Numbered from the stretch's first letter, positions 18,785 through 28,714 are shown. The stretch: DNA of 64,000 bases from Polyangiaceae bacterium (GCA_044376115.1 JBILLK010000009.1:32001-96000); one strand, 5' to 3'. The notes: a model not told the origin generated them from the sequence alone. Numbers and translations are program-made.

Positions 18785-20686
18785 ATGTCAGCAGCGGAAG
18801 ATCCCGAGCGCGTTTGGCTTCGAGACGTTTACAAGCGTGGCGCGCGCCAGCTCACCGTGCGGGCGGTGATCTCCGGGATGTTGATCGGCATGCTGATGTG
18901 CCTCTCCAACCTGTACGTCGTGCTCAAGACCGGCTGGAGTTTGGGCGTTACGGTCACGGCCTGCATCATCGCCTTCGCGCTTTTTTCGCTGTTCTCCAAG
19001 GTCGGCCTGCTGAAGGCGCAGTTCTCCCCGCTCGAGAACAACGCGATGGGCTCGGTCGCCTCCGCGGCGGGCTACATGACCGGTGGCGGCAACATGGCCG
19101 CTGTTCCGGCGCTGTTCGTGCTCACCGGCGCGATCCCGAATACGCCCTCGCTGATGGTGTGGTTCGGCGTGATCGCTGCGCTTGGCGTATTCGCCGCCAT
19201 CCCGATCAAACGCCAGCTGATCAACATCGAGCAACTGCCGTTTCCCACCGGCATCGCCACCGCCGAGACGATCACCTCGCTACACGAGGCGGCGCACGCT
19301 GCCGAGCGCGCTTCCGCGGTGAAAGGAAATGCGGCGGCTGAACACTCCCCGTACCGGAAAAGTGACGAGGCTGCGAAAGAGTCCGGCAGCGGCAAAGCCA
19401 AGTACCTCGGCGGAGCTGCGCTAATCGGCGCGCTTATCGCGATCCTTCGCGATGCCAAAGGCCGCTTCATGCCGTTCAACTTGCCCGACAAGATCGCGCT
19501 GCCCGGCCTTTCTTGGGGCGGCTTTCCGGCGATGAAGTGGACCGTGGGCATCGAGGGCAGTCTGCTGCTCGTGGGGGCCGGCGCGATCATGGGCTTCCGC
19601 GTTTGTCTTTCGTTGCTGGTCGGCGCGCTGCTCACCTACGGCTTCTTGTGTCCCTGGCTGGTCCGCGAGGGCATCGTGGCCAGCGTCGAATACAAGGTGA
19701 TGGTGACTTCAACGTTGTGGCCCGCCGCTGCGATGATGCTGGCGCACGGCCTTACCTCCTTTGCCTTTCAATGGCGCAGCGTGGTCAAGAGCTTCTCGGG
19801 GCTCAAAAACGCCTTCACCAAGAAGAAGGACGCTGCGGCGGACGAGATGGACGAGGTCGAGTGTCCGGCTTGGTGGTTCCCCGCTGGCTTTCTTGTGTTC
19901 GGCCCGATCGTAGTGCTGCTGATGGTGGTGCTGTTCGGCATCCCGTGGTGGGCCGCGTTGATGGCGCTGCCGCTCTCGGTCGTGATGGGCGTGGTCGCAG
20001 CGCGCGTCACCGGCGAGACCGACGTCACGCCGACCAAAGCGCTCGGTCCGGCAACGCAGTTCATCTACGGCGCCGTGCTTCCCGGCAACCTTACCGCCAA
20101 CGTGATGGGCGCCAACGTCACTGGCGGTGTGGGCCTGCATTCGGCCGACCTGCTCACCGATCTGAAGAGCGGTTACTTGCTCGGCGCCAATCCGCGGAAG
20201 CAGGTGATTGGGCAGCTGTTCGGTGTAGTGGCCGGCGCCTTGATCGTGGTGCCAGCCTTCAATTTGTTGATTCCCGAAGCCTCGGTGCTCGGCTCGGATC
20301 AGTTCCCGGCGCCCGGAGTTCAAGTGTGGGCCGGCGTTTCAAAGGCGCTCGCGGTGGGTGTGGACGCGATGCATCCGACCATCCGTATCTTGGCGTTGAT
20401 CGGCGCCGTGGTTGGGCTCGTCCTCGCGCTCGCCGAGAAGCTCCTGCCCAAGCGTTTCCTACCGTACATCCCCTCGGCCTCTGGGCTGGGCATCGCCATG
20501 GTGGTTCCCGGTTGGAACGCCGTCTCGATGTTCATCGGCGGTGCTACGGCGGAGATCGTCCGTCGCGTGAAGCCCGGTCTCGCTGCTGCCGCGGTGGTGC
20601 CGGTCTCCAGCGGCTTCATCGCCGGTGAGAGCTTGCTCGGCATCGCCATCAAGGGCCTGATCGTGGCCGGCGTCTTGGCCAAGTAG
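18785..20686 (+). CDS. OPT/YSL family oligopeptide transporter
   Basis: QLTVRA, ENN, LPFPTGIATA, GETD, DLKSGYLLGANPR, SGFIAGES. Confidence 0.92.
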   Translation: MSAAEDPERVWLRDVYKRGARQLTVRAVISGMLIGMLMCLSNLYVVLKTGWSLGVTVTACIIAFALFSLFSKVGLLKAQFSPLENNAMGSVASAAGYMTGGGNMAAVPALFVLTGAIPNTPSLMVWFGVIAALGVFAAIPIKRQLINIEQLPFPTGIATAETITSLHEAAHAAERASAVKGNAAAEHSPYRKSDEAAKESGSGKAKYLGGAALIGALIAILRDAKGRFMPFNLPDKIALPGLSWGGFPAMKWTVGIEGSLLLVGAGAIMGFRVCLSLLVGALLTYGFLCPWLVREGIVASVEYKVMVTSTLWPAAAMMLAHGLTSFAFQWRSVVKSFSGLKNAFTKKKDAAADEMDEVECPAWWFPAGFLVFGPIVVLLMVVLFGIPWWAALMALPLSVVMGVVAARVTGETDVTPTKALGPATQFIYGAVLPGNLTANVMGANVTGGVGLHSADLLTDLKSGYLLGANPRKQVIGQLFGVVAGALIVVPAFNLLIPEASVLGSDQFPAPGVQVWAGVSKALAVGVDAMHPTIRILALIGAVVGLVLALAEKLLPKRFLPYIPSASGLGIAMVVPGWNAVSMFIGGATAEIVRRVKPGLAAAAVVPVSSGFIAGESLLGIAIKGLIVAGVLAK

Positions 20687-20736
20687 CACGCGGGCTGGTC
20701 GGTGTACCGGCCATCTACCAGCCCAGCTTCTACCGC

Positions 20737-21291
20737 TTAAATGACGGTGTAGTCGTGTTCGCCGCCAAGGCCGCGCTCCTCGAAGTAGCGCTTTGCCGCC
20801 TTCACATGGAGGGGGAACGCGAAGACCTCCTCGATGCCGCGGGGGCCGAAGACCAGTCCACGCTCGGAGGTCTCCGGACTCGCGACGAACGAGCCCAACG
20901 CCGCGCTGGTGATGGGCTCGGCGGTGGAGAAGAGGAGCACGCGGTTGGGCCGCGGCTCCGTCGATGTGAACCAGAACGGCGTTAGCGTGCTCGCTGCGAT
21001 CGAGGCCCCAGTCTCCTCGCGGAGCTCGCGCACCGCGCCTTCGGCCCACGTCTCGTGTTCCTCCAGGAAGCCTCCAACCAGCGCCAGCTTACCCAACCTG
21101 GGCTCGATCGCGCGCCGTACGACGAGCAGCCCTGTCCGCTCTGCAACGATTACGGGAAGCAGGATGACCGACACGGGGATGGGGTTGGCCCAGATTGTCG
21201 TTGAGCACGAGGCACACGTACGAGGGTAGGCCAGCGGCTCCGGGTATCGCGTTCCGCAGTACGAGCAGTGAGCATCACGCGTGAGCTTCAT
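20737..21291 (-). CDS. NUDIX hydrolase with an N-terminal zinc ribbon
   Basis: CSYCG...CASC; Nudix box GGFLEEHETWAEGAVRELREETG. Confidence 0.9.
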   Translation of the reverse strand: MKLTRDAHCSYCGTRYPEPLAYPRTCASCSTTIWANPIPVSVILLPVIVAERTGLLVVRRAIEPRLGKLALVGGFLEEHETWAEGAVRELREETGASIAASTLTPFWFTSTEPRPNRVLLFSTAEPITSAALGSFVASPETSERGLVFGPRGIEEVFAFPLHVKAAKRYFEERGLGGEHDYTVI

Positions 21292-21363
21292 GTCGTGGTG
21301 CTATCACGGCTACGGAGGCCGGGCCTAGGCCGAGGCTTGAAAAAACAGCCGCAGGCCAGCACC

Positions 21364-22920
21364 ATGATGTCGATGCAGGCGCACCAGAAAGCTCCCGCCA
21401 CCGTCAACAAGCTTCGCGAGCTGCTCAACAAGCTTCAGAGAGGGAAGACTCTCGAGGTGAGGCTCGAAGAGCGCAACGACACGCCGCTGACCTGGGCCGT
21501 CAGCGAGGGCTATCACGACATCGCAGTGACGTTGATCGAAGCGGGGGTCGACGTGAATGCTCAAAACGCCGACGGGAACACCGCGCTGCTTCGCGCGGCA
21601 TGTGAGGGCCGCGCGGAGCTGGCCAGCGTCCTGCTCCGGGTCGGCGCCAAGCCCGACCTGCAAAATGCCGATGGATACTCCGCCCTGGTCCTCGCCAAGC
21701 GCCGCGGCAATCGAGAGATCGTCGACATGTTGCTCGCACGCGGCGCCGATCGAAGCCTGCGCACGAGCGGCGGTGTGAGCTTCGAGCAGCCGGGCGTGTC
21801 CCCGAAGGTGTCCATCGAAGGGCCTCGGGATGCGCGGCTGGAGTTGGACGTCATCGAGACCATTGCTCAATGCCGCGACGGGCGGATTGCGGGCCGGGTA
21901 CTCGACAAGTACATCAACCTGGAGGCCGCAGACCGCTTCGTGTCCACACGGGTGCTCCGCGACGCCTATGTGCGTCACGAAGCTTCGCAAAGCCCAGAAG
22001 CTCCCAACTACGTCTCGCTGGAAGACGGCATGGAGCTCGGAATTGTCTCGAGCGCGGTGCCGGAGATCGCACGTGCGGTCTCGTCGATGTTGTGCCGATC
22101 GCTCGAGGACGCACGCATCGACCGCGGTGGCCACCTGCCTCCGCAGGTCGTCCAGCGGGTGCAGCGCGAGATCATCTCGCCATACGGGGTCGCGCATATC
22201 TGGGGCATCACAGGTCATCGCTTCGTACTCTCGCGCTCGGTCGGACCGGACCGCAGCGAGCTCTTGGGTACGATCCTGGTCGGACGCAGCAAGGACACGA
22301 TCTTCTTCTTCACCGGTCGCTACAACAACCTGCGCCACTCGACGCTACGCAAGACGGTCGACTTCGAGCAGCCCAACGCGGACAGGCCCAGCGAGCGGTG
22401 GTTCGACAGGTTTGCGTTCCCCGAGATCGATTGCTTCAAGCCACGGGCCTATCACCACATTGCGAACTTCGTGGTCAGCAAGGAGCAGCGCGGACAGAGC
22501 CTCTCGCGGTTCATGCTCGCCAAGATCTTGGAGAAGTACGCGCGCGACCACATGGTCGCGCGAGGCGTTCGCGTCGAGCACTCGCAGCACCTCCTGTGCG
22601 GCCGGGGTTTCTGGCAAATCGGCGACCCGCCTTGGCTCAAGCGGATGGAGAGACTCGGCTTCTATTTGAGGTGGGGGGCGGAGAGCTTCTTTATCGAGCA
22701 CGACTGGGCCCCTCTGCCGGAGATGCGCAACAGCGCGGGAGAGGTGATCTCCAACGTCGACTACAATCGTTCGTATGGTCTGCCCGATCGCTACCTCGCG
22801 TCGAAGCCGATCGTGGCCTCCGACGAGCACCTCGTGGAGCGCGTCGCCGAGGTCGTCCGGCTCTCGCAAGTGCCCACTGCCAAGCTTCAGTATTTCCAAG
22901 CGCTGTTCGACTTCACCTGA
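21364..22920 (+). CDS. Ankyrin-repeat protein fused to a divergent GNAT-like domain
   Basis: Three ankyrin repeats (TPLTWAV, GNTALLRAA, GYSALVLA); C-terminal IANFVVSKEQRGQSLSRFML (motif A-like) and MERLGF (motif B-like). Confidence 0.75.
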   Translation: MMSMQAHQKAPATVNKLRELLNKLQRGKTLEVRLEERNDTPLTWAVSEGYHDIAVTLIEAGVDVNAQNADGNTALLRAACEGRAELASVLLRVGAKPDLQNADGYSALVLAKRRGNREIVDMLLARGADRSLRTSGGVSFEQPGVSPKVSIEGPRDARLELDVIETIAQCRDGRIAGRVLDKYINLEAADRFVSTRVLRDAYVRHEASQSPEAPNYVSLEDGMELGIVSSAVPEIARAVSSMLCRSLEDARIDRGGHLPPQVVQRVQREIISPYGVAHIWGITGHRFVLSRSVGPDRSELLGTILVGRSKDTIFFFTGRYNNLRHSTLRKTVDFEQPNADRPSERWFDRFAFPEIDCFKPRAYHHIANFVVSKEQRGQSLSRFMLAKILEKYARDHMVARGVRVEHSQHLLCGRGFWQIGDPPWLKRMERLGFYLRWGAESFFIEHDWAPLPEMRNSAGEVISNVDYNRSYGLPDRYLASKPIVASDEHLVERVAEVVRLSQVPTAKLQYFQALFDFT

Positions 22921-22931
22921 TCCTGTGAGCC

Positions 22932-23810
22932 ATGAGCCTTACCCACCTCGTCCAGACACACTCCATCGACACGCAACGGGTCGTCCCCTTCACCGGGGAG
23001 GGCGCGTACCACGGCTCGACGAACAAGCGGGCGGTAGCAGCCTCCGCCGCGCTACCGCCAGTCGTGGAAGAGATGAGGCCGAGCACCCTCGACGGGTATC
23101 GGCTCGGCGATCCGCGACCGATCAGGGACTTCGAAGCGACCTTCACAAATCTCTACGTTGTCGAGCGCGAGCTCTCTGTTCCCACACAGGAAGAGGTCCG
23201 CGATGACGGCGTCACCTTCTGTTGGTGCCCGTTCGATGAGGCGGCCGCGTTGGCGGGCCCGCTGACCGCCCGCGTCCTCGAGGCGATGCGCGAGCACCTT
23301 GTCGGCGACAAGCGCTACGTCTACGTCGACTCCAAGATCCAGTACTTCGAGCCGGGTGATGTTCCGGTCGATAGCCAGCATTGGCATGTGGACGGGAGCA
23401 TCGTGGCCCGGGGCAAGGTGGTTGAGGCGCTTGGACACGCCTTGCTCCACGACATGAAAGCGCGCCTCGCGAGCGGCGTTGCCCCGCCTCGCTACCTCGC
23501 CTACCAGTCCTCCGACCACTGCGCGACAGTGTTCGCCACATCACCGGTGACGCTTACGCTGCCTGAGCTCATCCCCAACTTCAACGGCCTCGACGCTGCG
23601 ATTCGCGAGCTCGCGCCGCCGTTCGCCCTTCAGCCGGCGTCGACCATCGTGCGCACCGACGGGCTGTCGTTGCATCGGGCGCAGGCAGCCACAGGCGCGG
23701 GCTGGCGCCTGTGGGTCCGCGCGGTGGAGACCGACCGTGAGACCGTGGTGTCCTCGTCGATCATCGACTGCTACGGAACGGTGTTCCGCATGCGAGAGCC
23801 GAAGATTTGA
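22932..23810 (+). CDS. Putative 2OG-Fe(II) dioxygenase-like protein
   Basis: WHVDG (HxD), distal LHRA and WRLWVR (Arg about 11 residues after the His); starts 11 nt after the ankyrin gene. Confidence 0.65.
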   Translation: MSLTHLVQTHSIDTQRVVPFTGEGAYHGSTNKRAVAASAALPPVVEEMRPSTLDGYRLGDPRPIRDFEATFTNLYVVERELSVPTQEEVRDDGVTFCWCPFDEAAALAGPLTARVLEAMREHLVGDKRYVYVDSKIQYFEPGDVPVDSQHWHVDGSIVARGKVVEALGHALLHDMKARLASGVAPPRYLAYQSSDHCATVFATSPVTLTLPELIPNFNGLDAAIRELAPPFALQPASTIVRTDGLSLHRAQAATGAGWRLWVRAVETDRETVVSSSIIDCYGTVFRMREPKI

Positions 23811-23876
23811 ACTCTACGCTTGAGCGTGAGGTTCTCCGCTGCGCCGTGACCCCGCGCTTGTTGCTACCGTTGTCCC

Positions 23877-24416
23877 ATGAGCACCGAACCTGCTGAACTC
23901 GTTGTACTGCGAGCGCTGTTTGAGAGCTTCCCTACGGCGATCCTGCTCGCCAACGACGCCGCCTTCTATGTTGGTGCCAATCGTGCGGCGTGCGCGCTGC
24001 TTGGTCGGTCTCATGACCAGGTGGTTGGGATGCACCTCAGCGACGTTGTTGCGCCGGGGCGGCGCCGCGAGGTTGACGTGCAGTGGCAGGCCTTTCTTCG
24101 CGATGGCGTGCAGAGCGGTGTGTTCCTGCTCGAGTTGTCGGAGGGCACCCGCTCGGTCCAATTTCAAGCCCAGGCGAACTTCGTTCCGGGCGTTCATTGC
24201 TCGTTCCTCACGCCCGTCGCCGCGCCTGCGGAGCGTGGTCTCGAGGACGAGCCGCTGCTCACGCTGTGCGCCTGGACCAAGATGGTCAAGGTCGGTGATC
24301 GTTGGGTCGCGCTCGAGCAGTTCTTGCAAAGCCGCCTCGGTCAGCGTGTGACCCACGGCATCTGCCCAACGGCGTTTGACAAGCTGGTTGAGGAGGCCGA
24401 CGAGCCGGCCCCATAG
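23877..24416 (+). CDS. Stand-alone PAS domain protein with a C-terminal CAW...THGICP motif
   Basis: ANRAACALLGRSHDQVVG PAS signature; LCAWTK...THGICPTA tail. Confidence 0.8.
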   Translation: MSTEPAELVVLRALFESFPTAILLANDAAFYVGANRAACALLGRSHDQVVGMHLSDVVAPGRRREVDVQWQAFLRDGVQSGVFLLELSEGTRSVQFQAQANFVPGVHCSFLTPVAAPAERGLEDEPLLTLCAWTKMVKVGDRWVALEQFLQSRLGQRVTHGICPTAFDKLVEEADEPAP

Positions 24417-24516
24417 CTGGCCCGCTCCTTTGCCCTTCTCGTCGCGGCGGCCGTCAAGAAGCCGTCCGCGCGCAATGGCACCGCGAGCGTACCGGCGAAC
24501 AAACTACCTGGCGGAG

Positions 24517-25464
24517 TCAGCGGGCCTGGCCGAGCTTCGCGATGGACGCGGGCGGCCTCGTCAGCGCGATGCGCAGGCGCTCGCGCTCGAGCGTCACCGC
24601 TCGCAGGATTGAGGTGAAGAGTTCGAAGTGATCCTCCGTCACGTCATCGATGTCCGTCTGGTCGATGACGACGATCGACGTGTCGCGGAGCGCGGTGATC
24701 GCGTACTCCCCGAGCACCTCGCCGAACCCGCAGCACTCGAGCACGAGCTGGCCTCGGCCGAAGCGCGCCGCGAGCGGGGGCGCGATGCGGTGCTCTGCGT
24801 GCACCTCGCCCCTTACCACGACCAGGAGCTTGTCGGCCGCTGCGCCGGGCGGAAACACGAGCTGGCCCGCTGAGGCGTGGATCATGTGTGCCTTCTCGGA
24901 GAGCTCGGTCAACGCTTGAACGCTCGCTCCGGAGAAGCCCTCCACCTCGCGGAGCGCTAGCAGCCGGGTGAGGACCGAGTCTGCGAGCAGCAGGGGCTCG
25001 TCATCGACGGGGGGCGCGCGAAAGCCGCCCGTCTCCGGGACACGCAGGCGATCCCCGTGCAGCGCGGTCGCGATGGTGCGCCGCACTCGGCTCGAGAAGG
25101 GCGGGTGGTCCTCCAGCGCGTCGAGCCAGTCTGCGAACGGCAACATGAGCAGCTCCGACGGAGAGGTCGCGCGCGCGGTCCAGAGATGGGGCCGACGGGC
25201 GCCTGCATCCACGACGCCGACCACGTCGCCCCGTCCAAACGTGAAGACCAAGTCGTCGTCGCCCGCGAGCTCGACCGCTCCTGCGACGATGAAGTAGATA
25301 TGCCGAGGAGCGTCCCCCTTCTCGAAGATGATGCCACCAGTCGCGACGCTGACCGGCTCGATCGACTGGGTGACCTGCCGTATGACCTCGCTTGGGGGCG
25401 CGACGAGCACGAACTTCCGCAGGAACAGCTCGTACTCGATGCGGCGCTGTGAAAGGTCGGTCAA
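24517..25464 (-). CDS. Tandem cyclic-nucleotide-binding domain protein
   Basis: IFEKGD...IYFIVAGAVEL and VFPPGA...LVVVRGEV; 4-nt overlap with the upstream transporter. Confidence 0.85.
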   Translation of the reverse strand: MTDLSQRRIEYELFLRKFVLVAPPSEVIRQVTQSIEPVSVATGGIIFEKGDAPRHIYFIVAGAVELAGDDDLVFTFGRGDVVGVVDAGARRPHLWTARATSPSELLMLPFADWLDALEDHPPFSSRVRRTIATALHGDRLRVPETGGFRAPPVDDEPLLLADSVLTRLLALREVEGFSGASVQALTELSEKAHMIHASAGQLVFPPGAAADKLLVVVRGEVHAEHRIAPPLAARFGRGQLVLECCGFGEVLGEYAITALRDTSIVVIDQTDIDDVTEDHFELFTSILRAVTLERERLRIALTRPPASIAKLGQAR

Positions 25465-28208
25465 AGGTCAGCTCCCTGGGCTAGCTGCGGTAAGGCGCTC
25501 TCCGCTCCGAGACGCCCGAGCTGGGGTCGGGAGGACAGCGCACCGCGAGCCTCCTTGATGAGCGCAACGAGCCCGGACTCGAGCACGTGGTAGGTCGCCA
25601 TCGCCGCGAGCAGTTCGTCGCGGTCGTGCATCAGCGCCTTCACGGCGTCGTCGTGCGAGGGCGGCGTGTCCCGCAATCGCAGCGCATCTTTGAGGAGTCG
25701 CGCGCGTTGCACGACGTCGGAGTCGTCGAGCGCGGCGCGCAAGCCTTCGCGCAGGCTCGACAGAGAGAAGGAGAGCGCGTCGAGGAACTCCCCCGCGTTG
25801 GCGCGTGCTCGCTTGTCGCCACGCGTGAGCGCCAAGAACACCCCGTAGATGTCTTCTCCTCGGTGTGCGACTCCCAGGCAGCGGAAGGTGCGCTCGAGGG
25901 CTTGTTGAACCTTGTCCTCCACGAGGGCGAGGAGGGCTCGCTCGACAGGGGTCTCCGGGTGCTTGAGCGGCGCGTCGTGGATCGACAGTGCTGCCGAGAC
26001 GGAGAGCATCCGGGCGTGCTCGGTGAGGTTGCGCAGCGCCTCTCGTTCGAAGATGTCGACGTCGAATCGGAGCCGGAGCTTGGGGTCCTTGTTCGCCTCG
26101 ACCGAGAGATGGTTGAGCGCGCGCAGGATCTTGAACCGCACCCGGCCGTGTGGCTCGGACTCGAGCCGCTGGGAGAGGAAGTCCACGGCGTCCTGCCGGT
26201 GAAAGCGCATCAAGGTGCGCGGAAGGTGCAGGCGCACGGCGCTCGGGGTCTCCTCGTCGAGGAGGGCCTGTCTCAGCCGCGCGAAGGCCGGATCGCCGAG
26301 CGCCACGAGCGCCGCGCGAGCCGGCGCGCGCGCGGCGCGATCCCCGAGGGCGGTCACGAGCAGGTCGATCAGGCTGGTTTCGCCGGTGGATTGCACGGCC
26401 GGCGCGAGGTGCGCCTTGAAGGCCCGCTTGGACGCGTCCCGCTCGGCGATGCTCCGGACGATCCCTCGGTGTCGCGCGTCGCCATGCACCGCGATCACGT
26501 CGAGCAGGTGCTTGCGTGTCGTGTAGCCGTCCTCCCCCGCCGCCTCGAGGACGCGACGGATCTCCGGGTGCAGCTCGGGGCTGCTCGTGTCCCAGGCCGA
26601 GAAGAAGGCCGCGGCGGCGCGGATGGACTCGTCCGGATCGATGAGCCCACGACGAAGCGGCTCCGTGTCGCCTGCTGCGGCCGCGCGTCGGAGCGCTGCG
26701 CGCCGAAGCTCTACGGAGCCGTGGGTGAGCAGATGAGCGATGTGCTCCCGCCAGTCGGTGCGGTCGGGGGTCGCGATGAGGGAGAGCGCACGCAAGACCA
26801 CGGCCTCCGAAGGATGCAAGAGGACCAGCGCGGGTAGGAGCCGCGGGTGTTTGGTGCCATCGATGACGTCGAGCGCCGCGAGCGCAGTCGACTCGTCGCG
26901 ACTCGAGATCGCCTCCATCAGGCTCTCCATCGACGCGACGTTGAACGTCGCGGGGCCATCCTCGCGGGAGAGCCGCCCGAGGGCGAGCGCCTTGCGGAAC
27001 ACCTGCAGATAGGGCCGCCGAATCATGGCCGCGATGACCGCCCAGCCGAGCGCGAGGCACCCGATCGCGATCGAGAGGGTCGGGACGCTCACGTAGCCGA
27101 GCGTCGAGAGCCCGAGCAAGGCGGCGGCGACCCCGGCCTGTACGCCGCGCGAGAACACCGTGTCGCTCAGCGTCTTGACCTTGTCGCGCTCTCCTTTGGA
27201 GACCGGCAAGAGCAAGAGCTCACTGGTCACACGGTGAAGCGAGTGTCGGAGCCCCCCATCGATCGCCTTGAGCATCACCACCGTGGCGAACGCCCCGGTG
27301 AGCGCCACCGCAGCAGAGGCGCCAGCGAAGAGGAGCGGACAGAGCAGGATGGCGGTGACCACGCCCAAGCGCCTTACGATCAGCGGAGACAAGAGCAGCT
27401 GCACGCTCAGCGAGACGACGTTCGTTGCCGCGTAGAAGATGGCGAAGAAGCGCGCCAGGTCCACCTCGGAGAACCTCGCCGCTGCAGTGGACTTGAACAG
27501 GTAGTCGACGGCGAGGAGCGCGGCCGTCGAGACCGCGGTTAGCGCCAGGATGAGGTGGCTGTAGCTGCGGACGGAGGTCTCCTCCGGCGCGATCTCCCCT
27601 GCCTTGAGGGCAGGTATGCGCTCCCCTGCCTCTTCGCCGGGGACGGCGAACGCGACGATCACGGAGGCGCACCAGAAGAGCCCAGCGGCGACCGAGATGA
27701 TCGACGTGACCTTACCGAACTGCAGGATGATCGAGGCGAGGCCCGCCCCGATGACCGCGCCGAGCGCTCCGCCCGCAGCGAGCGGGCCGAACAGGCGCTT
27801 GCCTTGCGCCACCGTGAACTGCTCGGCCGCCACCAACCAGAACTGCATGATCGTGAGCGTGGCGATGACGCCCGTCGCGACGTAGAGGACGTAGAGGAGG
27901 GTGGGCGTGACGGGTCGGAGGGCGATGAGCGCCGCGATGAACGCACTCTTCGTCAGGGTGAGCGCGAGTGCGGACCTCCGGCCCAAGGCTCGCGAGAGCC
28001 ACGCTCCGAACCGGCTCAGCACCAGCGCAAGCAGCGCGAGCGCGACATAGACGAACGTCAGGTGGCTCGCCGGTAGCTTTTGCAAAAACAACGCATCGCG
28101 CGCCGTCTCGAGCATCGTGTGTGCCGCGATGGTTACGCCAAGGGTGGCCGCCATCGAGACCAGGCGCCGACGCTCGTCGGCCCGCACATCGAACCCAAGC
28201 AAGGTCAT
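25461..28208 (-). CDS. Npt1/Npt2 (NTT/TLC-like) MFS transporter fused to HEAT repeats
   Basis: ETARDALFL, QFW...QGKRLFG, DYLFK, RHSL and KTLSD in the N-terminal TM domain; HEAT-like repeats follow. Confidence 0.85.
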   Translation of the reverse strand: MTLLGFDVRADERRRLVSMAATLGVTIAAHTMLETARDALFLQKLPASHLTFVYVALALLALVLSRFGAWLSRALGRRSALALTLTKSAFIAALIALRPVTPTLLYVLYVATGVIATLTIMQFWLVAAEQFTVAQGKRLFGPLAAGGALGAVIGAGLASIILQFGKVTSIISVAAGLFWCASVIVAFAVPGEEAGERIPALKAGEIAPEETSVRSYSHLILALTAVSTAALLAVDYLFKSTAAARFSEVDLARFFAIFYAATNVVSLSVQLLLSPLIVRRLGVVTAILLCPLLFAGASAAVALTGAFATVVMLKAIDGGLRHSLHRVTSELLLLPVSKGERDKVKTLSDTVFSRGVQAGVAAALLGLSTLGYVSVPTLSIAIGCLALGWAVIAAMIRRPYLQVFRKALALGRLSREDGPATFNVASMESLMEAISSRDESTALAALDVIDGTKHPRLLPALVLLHPSEAVVLRALSLIATPDRTDWREHIAHLLTHGSVELRRAALRRAAAAGDTEPLRRGLIDPDESIRAAAAFFSAWDTSSPELHPEIRRVLEAAGEDGYTTRKHLLDVIAVHGDARHRGIVRSIAERDASKRAFKAHLAPAVQSTGETSLIDLLVTALGDRAARAPARAALVALGDPAFARLRQALLDEETPSAVRLHLPRTLMRFHRQDAVDFLSQRLESEPHGRVRFKILRALNHLSVEANKDPKLRLRFDVDIFEREALRNLTEHARMLSVSAALSIHDAPLKHPETPVERALLALVEDKVQQALERTFRCLGVAHRGEDIYGVFLALTRGDKRARANAGEFLDALSFSLSSLREGLRAALDDSDVVQRARLLKDALRLRDTPPSHDDAVKALMHDRDELLAAMATYHVLESGLVALIKEARGALSSRPQLGRLGAESALPQLAQGADL

Positions 28209-28339
28209 CCGCCCTTCATGGATCCAGGCGCGCTGCGATTTACGTTCTTCATGTGAAGAAACCTCAAGGCTGCTCCCGGCGACGTTGGTCGGACGCTCCG
28301 CCCTGGCCAGACCGCGTCGGCGGGTCTACACTACTGCGC

Positions 28340-28714
28340 ATGATGCGTCGCTCCGAGCGTTGTCACAACCTCGAGGGTCAAAGCGTGGAGACGCGGATGC
28401 GCTCCGGCGTCTTCATGCTCGGCGCGTCGCTCCTCCTGCTGGTCGGGCTGGCCAAACTGGAAGCTCACGTGGTCTGGGGTCTCTTGGCTGTGCCGCCCCT
28501 TTATGGAGCGTTTCTGCTCACCTATCAAGCCAGCCTTCGCGTTTGCCCATCGAAGGCCAAGCGCGGCGTCCGCGACTTTGGCTCCGGGGACGAGCGCATC
28601 CTCTGCATGGCGGAGACGGAACGGCTGCTACGGCGGGCCAAGGCCGTTCAAGCCTTGTCCATGGCGTCGGCGTCGCTCGTGGGCATCGGGTTCCTCGCCC
28701 TCGCCAAGCTCTGA
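28340..28714 (+). CDS. Hypothetical membrane protein with three Cys
   Basis: Three hydrophobic segments in the gap between convergent/divergent genes; start uncertain. Confidence 0.6.
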   Translation: MMRRSERCHNLEGQSVETRMRSGVFMLGASLLLLVGLAKLEAHVVWGLLAVPPLYGAFLLTYQASLRVCPSKAKRGVRDFGSGDERILCMAETERLLRRAKAVQALSMASASLVGIGFLALAKL

